This document shows, in pieces, positions 8,643 through 16,956 of a stretch of 64,000 bases of DNA. Made by a program: the position numbers and the translations under genes. Numbering within the stretch: the first letter of the stretch is position 1; each line of letters starts with the position of its first letter. The notes below the pieces were generated by a model that was not told the DNA's origin, did no database searches, and saw only the letters and a list, made by a program, of their open reading frames with translations. Location: assembly GCA_038206475.1 (NCBI GenBank), contig JBBRAU010000001.1, positions 3,317 through 67,316 on the forward strand, read 5' to 3'. The DNA comes from Patescibacteria group bacterium (lineage in GTDB: Bacteria; Patescibacteriota; UBA1384; JBBRAU01).

Positions 8643-9422
8643 ATGTTTCAAGCCCTTGTTTTAGGCGTTGTCCAAGGCCTAGCCGAGTTTTTGCCCATAT
8701 CAAGTTCTGGCCATCTCGTTTTGGTCCGCTGGCTGCTTGATTGGCCGGATCAAGGCCTATTTTTTGACGTCGCCCTGCACATGGGCACGTTGGTCGCCTT
8801 ACTGTTGGTATTTTGGCCCGACTGGCTGCGCCTAATCAAAGCTGGCTTCAGTCGCGCCAATAGCGTTGAGCGACGCCTATTTTGGACGCTGGCTCTGGCC
8901 TCTATCCCCGGCGGCATCGCCGGCGCCTTGCTTGAAAAAAAGGCCGAGACGGCCTTTCGCCATCCGGTCCCGATCGCCATAGCTTTGATTGTCTTTGGCC
9001 TGCTGCTGCTCGGCGCTGAGCGCTGGCAGGGCAGGGTGAAACAGCCTGGCGTCAGTCAAGGCTTATGGATTGGTCTGGCCCAAGCGATCGCCGTTGTACC
9101 GGGCGTCTCCCGCTCCGGTATCACCTTGACCGCCGGCATGGCGTTGGGGTTGGAGCGTGAGGTGGCCGCCCGCTTCTCTTTTTTGCTGGCGACACCCATT
9201 ATCGCCGGCGCTGGCCTAAAGACGCTGCTTGACCTGCACTCAGCCGGCACCAGTTTGCCGGCTGGCCCAACCGTAACCGGCTTCTTGGCGGCGGCTGTGT
9301 CTGGCTACCTCGTCATCCGCTGGTTCCTGACCTACATTAACCAACACTCCGTGCGTATCTTCACCTGGTACCGCGTACTGTTTGGCCTGCTAGTGATCGC
9401 TGTCGCCCTACAGCGCGGCTAA
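8643..9422 (+). CDS. uppP: Undecaprenyl-diphosphate phosphatase UppP/BacA
   Basis: QGLAEFLPISSSGH and PGVSRSG motifs. Confidence 0.96.
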   Translation: MFQALVLGVVQGLAEFLPISSSGHLVLVRWLLDWPDQGLFFDVALHMGTLVALLLVFWPDWLRLIKAGFSRANSVERRLFWTLALASIPGGIAGALLEKKAETAFRHPVPIAIALIVFGLLLLGAERWQGRVKQPGVSQGLWIGLAQAIAVVPGVSRSGITLTAGMALGLEREVAARFSFLLATPIIAGAGLKTLLDLHSAGTSLPAGPTVTGFLAAAVSGYLVIRWFLTYINQHSVRIFTWYRVLFGLLVIAVALQRG

Positions 9423-9428
9423 AACGCC

Positions 9429-10040
9429 ATGAGCCAACTGCTCGAATTTTTGGCCAACCTCGTCATATCTGTCATCAGCCACAGCGGGCTGCTGGGAGTG
9501 GCCGGCTTGATGACCCTAGAGTCGACCGGCATTCCCATTCCGTCTGAGGTGATTATGCCTTTTGCCGGTTTCCTGGCCGCAAATGGCCAATTGAGCTTTT
9601 GGTTGGCGGTTCTGGCCGGAACAATCGGCAATATAGCCGGCAGTCTGGTTGCTTATTATATTGCCGCCGTTGGCGGCCGGTCGCTAGTGGAGCGCTACGG
9701 TCGAGTTGTACTGCTATCCAAACGTGATTTAGACCAGAGTGAGCAGTGGTTCAAACGCTATGGCGGTCCGATGGTGCTCGTTGGCCGGCTGCTGCCCATT
9801 ATCCGTACCTACATCTCCTTTCCGGCCGGCCTGGCTGAGATGCCGCTTGGGCCATTTGTGGCTTACACTGCCGTGGGTTCGCTGTTTTGGTCCTGGTTGC
9901 TCGCTTGGTTTGGGTTCACCGCTGGCAACAACTGGGAGGCGCTGCGTGGCCGTTTCCATGGCTTTGACACCGCTATTGCGGCGCTGATTATGCTGGGCAT
10001 TATCTGGTGGATTTGGCGCCATGTGCGATCCTCCCATTGA
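9429..10040 (+). CDS. DedA family membrane protein
   Basis: LESTGIPIPSE, GRLLPIIRTYISFPAG. Confidence 0.93.
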   Translation: MSQLLEFLANLVISVISHSGLLGVAGLMTLESTGIPIPSEVIMPFAGFLAANGQLSFWLAVLAGTIGNIAGSLVAYYIAAVGGRSLVERYGRVVLLSKRDLDQSEQWFKRYGGPMVLVGRLLPIIRTYISFPAGLAEMPLGPFVAYTAVGSLFWSWLLAWFGFTAGNNWEALRGRFHGFDTAIAALIMLGIIWWIWRHVRSSH

Positions 10041-10078
10041 CAGCACAACATCTATGAGCCGCTGGCACGAACGCGTGC

Positions 10079-10107
10079 TTGACAGACAAGAGGCTAATGT
10101 CTAGCCT
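10079..10107 (+). promoter_or_regulatory. Sigma70 promoter for a leaderless leader peptide
   Basis: TTGACA-17-TAGCCT; ATG 7 nt after the -10 box. Confidence 0.65.
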
Positions 10108-10114
10108 ATACTTG

Positions 10115-10171
10115 ATGAACGTCTACACCACATCGCTTCTGCTGGCTCTTACCCATCCGCGACGCGGTTAG
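10115..10171 (+). CDS. Putative attenuator leader peptide MNVYTTSLLLALTHPRRG
   Basis: 18-aa ORF at the predicted TSS; Leu codons CTT CTG CTG x CTT; stop lies on the antiterminator 5' arm. Confidence 0.65.
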   Translation: MNVYTTSLLLALTHPRRG

Positions 10172-10213
10172 TTTTCACCTACCGGAAAACAAGAACCGCG
10201 TCAGCGGTTTTTT
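10161..10213 (+). promoter_or_regulatory. Attenuator 1: alternative antiterminator and terminator hairpins
   Basis: GACGCGGTT(10161-69) pairs with AACCGCGTC(10194-202), plus GTTTTC/GAAAAC; mutually exclusive with terminator AACCGC-GTCA-GCGGTT-TTTT. Confidence 0.7.
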
Positions 10214-10245
10214 GTTTCCCCATTTGTTCCTGAAGGGAAACGGAA

Positions 10246-10497
10246 ATGATTGCCGTCCGCACCTCGCCGTCCGACGATCCTCGGGCAAGTGATCTGGTCT
10301 TGATGGTGGTCAAACTGCTTCGCCGCAGCATTATCGAGCAGATGGTCCATGTTACTTTCACCGGTAACGCGCTTGAGATTGCAGTTGATGCCAACCAAAT
10401 CGTTATCACGGCGCCGGAAGCGGCCCGCTGTGATGAAGCGATCTTCTCTCACACGGTCCTCACAGTGGCCGAGCGGCTGCGCGGGAAGCTGATCTAG
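10246..10497 (+). CDS. Hypothetical protein (83 aa) between attenuator 1 and the tRNA
   Basis: SD-like GAAGGGA; ends 6 nt before the tRNA. Confidence 0.65.
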   Translation: MIAVRTSPSDDPRASDLVLMVVKLLRRSIIEQMVHVTFTGNALEIAVDANQIVITAPEAARCDEAIFSHTVLTVAERLRGKLI

Positions 10498-10503
10498 CGG
10501 CTT

Positions 10504-10580
10504 GAGGAGGTGGTCGCAACAGGCAGCGACGGAGGGCTGAGGACCCTCAGGCGTCGGTTCGAACCCGGTCCTCCTCACCA
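10504..10580 (+). tRNA. Non-canonical tRNA, anticodon GAG (Leu), short variable loop
   Basis: Acceptor GAGGAGG/CCTCCTC-A-CCA; D arm GTCGC-AACAGGCA-GCGAC; anticodon arm GAGGG-CTGAGGA-CCCTC; variable AGGC; T arm GTCGG-TTCGAAC-CCGGT. Confidence 0.85.
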
Positions 10581-10583
10581 CTT

Positions 10584-10613
10584 TCCCTTCGCCAACCGCG
10601 AGGGGATTTTTTT
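10584..10613 (+). terminator. Intrinsic terminator after the tRNA
   Basis: TCCCTTCGC-CAACC-GCGAGGGGA followed by a T-run. Confidence 0.8.
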
Positions 10614-10704
10614 ATGCCAATCCATTGGAGCCCGGCTTTTCTGGTTATCCCACGTCAAGCAGGCAACCTCTTGACAATCCGCTTGACTGGGTTAAGCTAT
10701 TTTC

Positions 10705-10800
10705 ATGGTCACGTCATGCCGTCTCGACCACGTCTTTACCCAGGCCTCCGTCTGGCAGATTCGTTTTGCCAATAACAAGACGGGGTGTGCGGCGCTGTAA
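10705..10800 (+). CDS. Putative attenuator leader peptide 2 (31 aa)
   Basis: TTGACA(10671)-16-TAAGCT then ATG at the predicted TSS; MVTSCRLDHVFTQASVWQIRFANNKTGCAAL; stop lies on the antiterminator arm. Confidence 0.55.
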   Translation: MVTSCRLDHVFTQASVWQIRFANNKTGCAAL

Positions 10801-10852
10801 TCACACGATTTCCTCTGTGTTACACCGCGCCGCTCCCACGAGCGGCGTTTTT
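10789..10852 (+). promoter_or_regulatory. Attenuator 2: alternative antiterminator and terminator hairpins
   Basis: GCGGCGC-TGTAA-TCACA pairs with TGTG-TTACA-CC-GCGCCGC; competes with GCGCCGCTC-CCAC-GAGCGGCGT-TTTTT. Confidence 0.65.
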
Positions 10853-10937
10853 TAGCTCATTGATTGCAATCAATGAGCACACCCGAGCGTTTTGCCCCTC
10901 GATAACCTGCGCCACCCGTCTCAGAAGGGAGACATCT

Positions 10938-11117
10938 GTGGACCAGCTGATCACGAAATCGGCCAAACAACCCGCGCAGCCGCTGGATGTGAAGCCGGAA
11001 GACATCCAGCACAACGGCGACAAAGAGCGGTGGCGTGGTCTGCCGCTGCGGATCGACCCACACACCAAGTGCCTGACTCTGGCTCCACTATCGCGCTGCG
11101 TCGCTAGCGCCTGGTAA
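10938..11117 (+). CDS. Hypothetical protein (59 aa)
   Basis: SD GAAGGGAG before GTG; downstream of attenuator 2. Confidence 0.5.
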   Translation: MDQLITKSAKQPAQPLDVKPEDIQHNGDKERWRGLPLRIDPHTKCLTLAPLSRCVASAW

Positions 11118-11129
11118 AGGAGATTCCTC

Positions 11130-11297
11130 GTGGACAACAACCGGGACAACTGGCGCATTCTCCGCACCGAACAGGTACGAGAAAAACCGCGTAACGCCAT
11201 CAATCCAGACGCCACGCGTGAACAAAAGCCCCCTCCGTCCAAGGTGTCCAACAAAGCGCGCGACCGCGTCAAAGACTGCTGCTATTTTACGCACTAG
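11130..11297 (+). CDS. Hypothetical basic protein (55 aa)
   Basis: SD AAGGAG before GTG; followed by the hairpin GGCCAAGG-TAAA-ACCTTGGCC and a T-run. Confidence 0.5.
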   Translation: MDNNRDNWRILRTEQVREKPRNAINPDATREQKPPPSKVSNKARDRVKDCCYFTH

Positions 11298-11377
11298 CAC
11301 TACTCTCAGGCCAAGGTAAAACCTTGGCCTTTTCTTTATGCCTGACAAAAGAAGCTGTTTTCTGCTACGCTCGCAGC

Positions 11378-12637
11378 ATGCCTATTCATCAATCCACTCT
11401 CAAAAACGGCGTCCGTTTGGTGGTCGCCCCCATGACCGGAACCGAGACCGCCACCGTGTTGGCCATGTTTGGCACCGGTTCGCGAGCTGAAGTACCGACC
11501 GAAATGGGCATCGCCCACTTCACCGAGCACCTCTTTTTTAAAGGCACACCCAAGCGCCCGACCACGTTAGACGTGGCGGCAGCCATTGAAGATGTCGGTG
11601 GCGAGTTTAACGCCTTTACCGACAAAGAGCATACTGCCTACTACACCAAACTGCCGGCCAAACACCTGGAGCGCGGTTTTGACTTTATCTCTGACCTGGT
11701 CAGCCATCCCCTGCTGCCAGAAGATGAAGTTGAGCGCGAAAAAAGCGTCATCATCGAAGAGATCAACATGTACGAAGATACGCCGATGCGCAACGTGGCC
11801 GAGATTATCGATACCACGGTTTGGGGCGACACCCCGATGGGCTGGCCGATTGCCGGTACCCGCGAGACCGTGACTGCCATTTCACGCCAGCAGGTAGCCG
11901 ATTTCATCAAAACACACTACACGGCTGAGAATTTAGTGTTGGTTATCACCGGCAACGTCACCGAGCAAAACGTACAAGAGCTGGCCGCGCAGTATTTTGG
12001 CCAACTGCCCTCGCCGGCGCCGGCCAAACCGGTCGCGGCCACACTCACGGTCGGTCCGCGCCAAATGATCAAAACCAAAGCCACCGAGCAAACACACTTT
12101 GTGCTGGCTTTCCCCACCTTTGCTATTTCTGACCCGCGGCGACCGATTCTGCGCGTCCTGGCCACTTTGCTCGGCGGCGGCATGAGCTCGCGGCTGTTCA
12201 TTTCGGTCCGCGAGCGTCAAGGCCTCTGCTACTACATTCATGCCCAAGCCCAGCAGTTCAGCGACACCGGTTTGCTGCAAATTCAAGCCGGCGTTGACAC
12301 CACCCGCCTGAACCAGGCGCTGCAAGCCACTGCCAAAGAAGTAGCCCGCCTGAAGTCGGAGTTAGCTGAGCCGGCCGAGCTGCAGCGGGCGAAAGAAATT
12401 ATTAAAGGCCGCCTACTTATTCGCATGGAAGACTCTGAGGAGCTGGCTAACCTGTTTGCCAACCAACTCAGTACCGGCCAGTCGTTGCAAACACCGGATG
12501 ATCTAATTGCGCAAATTGATAATGTGACCTCTGAGCAGGTTAAAACCTTGGCTGAAGAATTGTTCGTCTCTCCAGAGTTGAGCTTGGCCACCGTCGGCCC
12601 TGTCAAGGCCGAAGAGATTACGACATTGTCAGTCTAG
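11378..12637 (+). CDS. M16 family zinc peptidase
   Basis: HFTEH (HxxEH) motif; SSRLFISVRERQGLCY. Confidence 0.94.
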   Translation: MPIHQSTLKNGVRLVVAPMTGTETATVLAMFGTGSRAEVPTEMGIAHFTEHLFFKGTPKRPTTLDVAAAIEDVGGEFNAFTDKEHTAYYTKLPAKHLERGFDFISDLVSHPLLPEDEVEREKSVIIEEINMYEDTPMRNVAEIIDTTVWGDTPMGWPIAGTRETVTAISRQQVADFIKTHYTAENLVLVITGNVTEQNVQELAAQYFGQLPSPAPAKPVAATLTVGPRQMIKTKATEQTHFVLAFPTFAISDPRRPILRVLATLLGGGMSSRLFISVRERQGLCYYIHAQAQQFSDTGLLQIQAGVDTTRLNQALQATAKEVARLKSELAEPAELQRAKEIIKGRLLIRMEDSEELANLFANQLSTGQSLQTPDDLIAQIDNVTSEQVKTLAEELFVSPELSLATVGPVKAEEITTLSV

Positions 12638-12647
12638 AAAGGACGTC

Positions 12648-13250
12648 ATGGACAACCCCCAAAAAGAACGCACCGTGGTCATTATCAAGCCCGATGGTGT
12701 GCAACTTGGTGCCACGGGTGAAATTTTAGCCCGTCTCGAAAAGCGTGGCCTCAAGCTGGTTGGCATTAAAATGGTCAAACCGACGCGTGATCATTTAGAC
12801 AAGCACTACAACGCTACCGACGCTTGGCTGACCGGCCTCGGTGACAAAACCTACAATGCCTTCGCTGAGTTTGGTTGGGACGTCAAAGAAAAGATGGGCA
12901 CTGACGACAAACTGGAGATTGGCAAAAAGGTTAAGAATTGGCTGGTCAATTACATGCAAGAGGCGCCGCTTGTTGCCATGGTGCTTGAGGGCATGCACGC
13001 CGTGTCGACCGTCCGCAAAACCATCGGCCACACCATTCCCATTCAGGCGGAGCCGGGCAGCATTCGGGCCGACTTCTCGACTGATTCCAACACCGCCGCC
13101 AATATTGAACAGCGAGCTGTGCGTAACGTTATTCACGCCTCAGGCAATGTCGAGGAAGCCAATTTTGAAATTACTCACTGGTTTGCGCCCCAGGAACTAT
13201 TTGACTATCAGCGCGCCTCTGAGCCAGCCATGTTCGGCCCAAGCAAGTAG
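12648..13250 (+). CDS. ndk: Nucleoside-diphosphate kinase
   Basis: ERTVVIIKPDGV, PGSIRADF, NVIHAS. Confidence 0.95.
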   Translation: MDNPQKERTVVIIKPDGVQLGATGEILARLEKRGLKLVGIKMVKPTRDHLDKHYNATDAWLTGLGDKTYNAFAEFGWDVKEKMGTDDKLEIGKKVKNWLVNYMQEAPLVAMVLEGMHAVSTVRKTIGHTIPIQAEPGSIRADFSTDSNTAANIEQRAVRNVIHASGNVEEANFEITHWFAPQELFDYQRASEPAMFGPSK

Positions 13251-13343
13251 CCGAAAACGAACCGAGCCTATAACTTCATATAAAAATCCCCGGGTAACCG
13301 GGGTTTTTGGGTCACTGACGGCAGACGTCCACTACCAGACGCA

Positions 13344-13532
13344 TCACTGGGCGGCTGCTCCTGCCCTACCAGATGCTGATGTTGGTAGGCCTGTTGCGGA
13401 CAACAAGTTGCCGGTCTCGGCCTTCCGAGGCGCAAACGAGACACTGCATTGTAACGCGCCCCTTTGGCTGAGATCAGCTGCCTGCGTGGCACTGAACGTC
13501 ATGATGTGACCGTTTGGACATATCGCCGCCAT
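13344..13532 (-). CDS. Small hypothetical protein, possible Zn ribbon (CPNGH...C)
   Basis: SD GGAGG; upstream TTGACA promoter; may be degenerate at the 3' end. Confidence 0.4.
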   Translation of the reverse strand: MAAICPNGHIMTFSATQAADLSQRGALQCSVSFAPRKAETGNLLSATGLPTSASGRAGAAAQ

Positions 13533-13637
13533 ATCATCCTCCACAGCATGGTGCAAAGTAATATGTATTAATATAACGCCCTTACGTCATATGTCAATAT
13601 GGCAACTGGCGTAGCACTCCGGTAGGCTAAAAGCGTT

Positions 13638-14735
13638 ATGGCTACCCCTGCCCTTCTCGCTCTCTTGCTCAGTTTTGGTTTGGCCGCGGCAATTGACCAG
13701 TTGGCCCGCCGCCATAAAATCGGCCTGGCCATCCCTCGCCCGCGCGATCTGCACACTGAGCCGACGCCACGCTGGGGCGGCCTGGCCATCTTTGTGAGTT
13801 TCTGTCTGATTACGATCTTCTGGCAGCAGCTGCATCCTGATCAATTTGCCGGTCTCAACTTCCCGTTTGCCCTGCTCGGCTGGTCTATTGATAAGCGCTT
13901 GCTGGGCATTCTGCTCGGCGGCCTGGTGTTAACGGTTGTCATGCTGATAGACGACTGGCGCGGTCTGCCGGTCAGCTGGAAGCTGCTTGGCCAGATTGTA
14001 TCGGCGGCGATTGTCGTCGCCTCAAGCGTGGAGCTGTCCAGTTTTCGGCTGCCACTGGGCCACCTCGCTACTATTAACCTGTGGCAAATCCCTGTTCAGC
14101 TGGGCAATGTCACGTACCACCTTGTGCCGGTCGCTGACCTACTGCTCATCTTTTGGCTGGTGCTGCTAATGAACGCCATGAACTTTTTGGACGGGCTGGA
14201 CGGCTTGGCCACCAGTGTTGGCGCGATCGCCACCGTCACAATCATCCTCTTGTCACTAACTACCATCGTCAACCAGCCGGCAATCGCCCTACTCGGCTTC
14301 ATTTTACTTGGCTCACTGTTTGGATTTCTGCCCTGGAATTGGCACCCGGCCCGCCTCTTTCTGGGCGACTCCGGCGCAACCTTGATTGGTTTTTTGCTTG
14401 GTGTGCTATCAGTTATCTCCGGCAGCAAAGTGGCCACCTTGGGGTTGGTGCTAGGTTTGCCCATCCTCGATTTAGCATTTGTGTTCATCAGCCGCTTGCT
14501 GCAGCATAAAAACCCTTTCAAGTCGCCCGGCCAAGACCACCTGCACCATCGACTACTCAAGGCCGGCCTATCAGTGCCGCAAACGACCTTGCTCTACACC
14601 AGCCTGGCCGGTCTCCTGGGCCTGTCGACACTCATGACCGGCACTAACGGCAAGTTTGTCGTGCTGCTGATTGTGCTTGTCGCCTTGGCTGGCCTGATTA
14701 GTTATCTCAATTTGCGGCTGGCCAAAGCCCGCTGA
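13638..14735 (+). CDS. MraY/WecA-type polyprenyl-phosphate GlcNAc-1-P transferase
   Basis: PRWGGLAI, DD, NFLDGLDGL, FLGDSG, HLHHRL. Confidence 0.93.
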   Translation: MATPALLALLLSFGLAAAIDQLARRHKIGLAIPRPRDLHTEPTPRWGGLAIFVSFCLITIFWQQLHPDQFAGLNFPFALLGWSIDKRLLGILLGGLVLTVVMLIDDWRGLPVSWKLLGQIVSAAIVVASSVELSSFRLPLGHLATINLWQIPVQLGNVTYHLVPVADLLLIFWLVLLMNAMNFLDGLDGLATSVGAIATVTIILLSLTTIVNQPAIALLGFILLGSLFGFLPWNWHPARLFLGDSGATLIGFLLGVLSVISGSKVATLGLVLGLPILDLAFVFISRLLQHKNPFKSPGQDHLHHRLLKAGLSVPQTTLLYTSLAGLLGLSTLMTGTNGKFVVLLIVLVALAGLISYLNLRLAKAR

Positions 14736-15301
14736 TGCTGGACATTCAATTTGAAGGCCAAAAAGAGGGCGAGGAGGTGTTTGCCCTCTTTCACAAGAGC
14801 CTCTGGTCACACCTTAAGACACTCATCTGGACCCCCATTTTTATTGGCGGCGTCATCTGGAGTGTAGTTAGTTTTGGCTTTTCGGCACCGACCTCGGTTG
14901 CCTTAGCTATTGCCGTCATCGGACTCTTGTACAGTATTGGCCGGCCGGTGTACTTGTGGGCCAACAACCTCTATTTGGTCACCAATTTACGCATCATTGC
15001 GCTTGAGCAAAATGGCTTTCTCGACCGTAGCCTGTCGGAGAGCTACCTCGACGACGTCTGTCAGGTGACCGCCAACGTGCGCGGACCAGTGGCGGCCATG
15101 TTTGGCTTTGGTAATGTGCTTGTGCAAACCGAGGCTGAGCTGTGGCTCAAGCAAGTCGAGAGCCCGTACGACGTCAAACACGCCATCTTCCAGGCTGTCG
15201 AAGAGCGCAAACGCTCAGAAAAAGATGCTGTCCCGGACCGGCGTGACACGCACGCTGAGCGTATCCGCGACAAGCTCAAAGAGCGCCCGATTATCCGCTA
15301 A
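14735..15301 (+). CDS. Membrane protein with a bacterial PH domain
   Basis: Two TM helices, then YLVTNLRII...FGFGNVLVQT. Confidence 0.75.
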   Translation: MLDIQFEGQKEGEEVFALFHKSLWSHLKTLIWTPIFIGGVIWSVVSFGFSAPTSVALAIAVIGLLYSIGRPVYLWANNLYLVTNLRIIALEQNGFLDRSLSESYLDDVCQVTANVRGPVAAMFGFGNVLVQTEAELWLKQVESPYDVKHAIFQAVEERKRSEKDAVPDRRDTHAERIRDKLKERPIIR

Positions 15302-15340
15302 CACATTGACTAAAGCGTCACTATGGGCTACTATATTGAC

Positions 15341-15427
15341 GTAGTCAATTGATCTTCCCCCTGATCAGTTGGCTACATTTTTATGCCCGAACAGATGCGT
15401 TCAGCACCGCTCCAAGGCGGTTTTTTA
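15341..15427 (+). ncRNA. Candidate stand-alone small RNA (about 87 nt)
   Basis: Promoter TTGACT-17-TACTAT (15306-15334); 14-bp 5' hairpin; terminator ACCGC-TCCAAG-GCGGT followed by a T-run. Confidence 0.5.
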
Positions 15428-16090
15428 TTAGCCTTCGCCGAGCTTGGCCGGCTCTGATTGCGCCCAAAACACTTCAAACAGCATCTTCATGGTCTGGTAC
15501 AGCTCAAGGCTTTCGATTAAAATGCCAAACCCCTCTTTGCGCGAGGTCAAAAAGCCGACTTTGCCAGTATCAAAGATACCAATCGCCATCGGAATATCCA
15601 TGCTTGCAGGCGCAAACCGCAAATCACGATTAGCCATTTCGCCATGTTTGGCCCCACCCCATTCGGCGGCTTGCCCACGAAAGCGAATAGCTCTGAGATG
15701 AATGCCTAGCTCAATGTCGCGTTGAACAATCTTTCCCATGAGCTCTGAGCCACCGACCATCTCAACCACCTGCTCAGTCGGCCAGATCCACAACACTTCG
15801 TGTGACTTCCACTCTTCAAGCATAATCTGCTGCATCTGAACCGGGCCTTCAAAGTAGCTGATCTTGGGCTTCTTGGTTGACACGTTGTACAGGCTCAAAA
15901 ACTCCGGCAACGCCTGCTCAAGCTCAGCTAAACGACGCTTTTGTAACTCGATAATGTTCTCTGGTGGCCGCGCCTTGTAGTGTGTACGACCTCTGATTTC
16001 AGCTTGGTCGATCAGCCCCAGCTCCACCAAGCGGTCAATAAAGTAATAAATGGACGTGCGCTTGACACCTGAGCGGGCAGCAAAACCAGC
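15428..16090 (-). pseudogene. 5'-truncated TrmB-family transcriptional regulator
   Basis: HTH remnant ARSGVKRTSIYYFIDRLVELGLI, KPKISYFEG, PLD-like C-terminal domain; no start codon; first helix missing. Confidence 0.75.
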
Positions 16091-16506
16091 AAGCTGTACG
16101 TCACCGGCACCATCAAAAAAAACCGTCGGCACTTTCGTGTTTGGCCAGTCCGTCAAGGACTGGTACCAAGTGTACGGCGGCCTGACCGTGGCTCTCGCGC
16201 CGTATATCGAGTTGGCGCTCGGCGCCGGACATGAGTAAAGACCAAACCAAGACACGCATCGGTGGCTCCATCTGGCTCGGCCAGAAGAAAGTTTCCGCCA
16301 TCTGGTTGTTCGAGCGCGGAGGCTCGGGCAATTGGAACCAGCTCCGCCTGAAGTACCAACTCGGTAAACGAGTTGGCGTTGGATACATATCAGACACGTT
16401 CCAGGGTCAAGACCCACGCCTTGACCTGTCGCTCGGTAAAACGAGCAACGTCTGGGTGGCTCGCACCCAGAGGGTCACAATCCTGGGGGTGAAACAGGTT
16501 TTTTAA
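16091..16506 (+). pseudogene. 5'-truncated, frameshifted beta-strand-rich protein ending in Phe
   Basis: LYVTGTIKK / TVGTFVFGQ...GAGHE / SKDQTKTRIGG...KQVF across frame changes at the A8 run (16115-16122) and at about 16235. Confidence 0.5.
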
Positions 16507-16661
16507 TAAACCCTCCAAACCTGGCTCCTTACTGTTTTGTAAGGGGCTTTTTGTATGCCCTTGACCAAAATGTCAAGTTTGCTTTACAATTGGGACACAA
16601 AAGAGAGGGCGGGCAGATCTTTGGGCCGCCCGATGAGAAAAGAAGCAAGAGGAGGTTTTGC

Positions 16662-16949
16662 ATGGCAAAACTGAAACCGCTGGGCGACCGCGTATTGGTA
16701 CGTCCACTGCAGCAACAGGAGATGACCAAGTCAGGCATCGTACTGCCCGAGAGCTCAAAAGAGAAGCCGCAAGAAGGCGAAGTGTTAGCGGTTGGCGCCG
16801 GCAAATACATTGACGGCAAACTGCAGCCACTGGATGTACAGGTTGGCCAAAAGGTACTGTTCTCGAAGTACGCGCCAAACGACGTCAAAATTGACGGCGA
16901 AGAGCTGTACATCATGTCCGAAGGCGACATTTTAGGAATCCTGGAATAA
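16662..16949 (+). CDS. groES: Co-chaperonin GroES
   Basis: LKPLGDRVLV, TKSGIVLP; SD GAGGAGG; promoter TTGACC-18-TACAAT at 16561. Confidence 0.97.
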   Translation: MAKLKPLGDRVLVRPLQQQEMTKSGIVLPESSKEKPQEGEVLAVGAGKYIDGKLQPLDVQVGQKVLFSKYAPNDVKIDGEELYIMSEGDILGILE

Positions 16950-16956
16950 ACAACTT

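Noticed and set aside
10115-10213. T-box riboswitch reading of attenuator 1
   Set aside because: Too short, with no T-box consensus (AAxxxGGGTGGTACCGCG) or specifier stem; the leader-peptide model fits better.
10201-10581. 126-aa minus-strand ORF
   Set aside because: It is the antisense shadow of the tRNA and the 83-aa gene.
15428-16417. 329-aa ORF as one intact gene
   Set aside because: Its first 110 or so codons are antisense to another gene remnant; only the TrmB part is real.
16520-16661. CIRCE operator before groES
   Set aside because: No TTAGCACTC-N9-GAGTGCTAA present.
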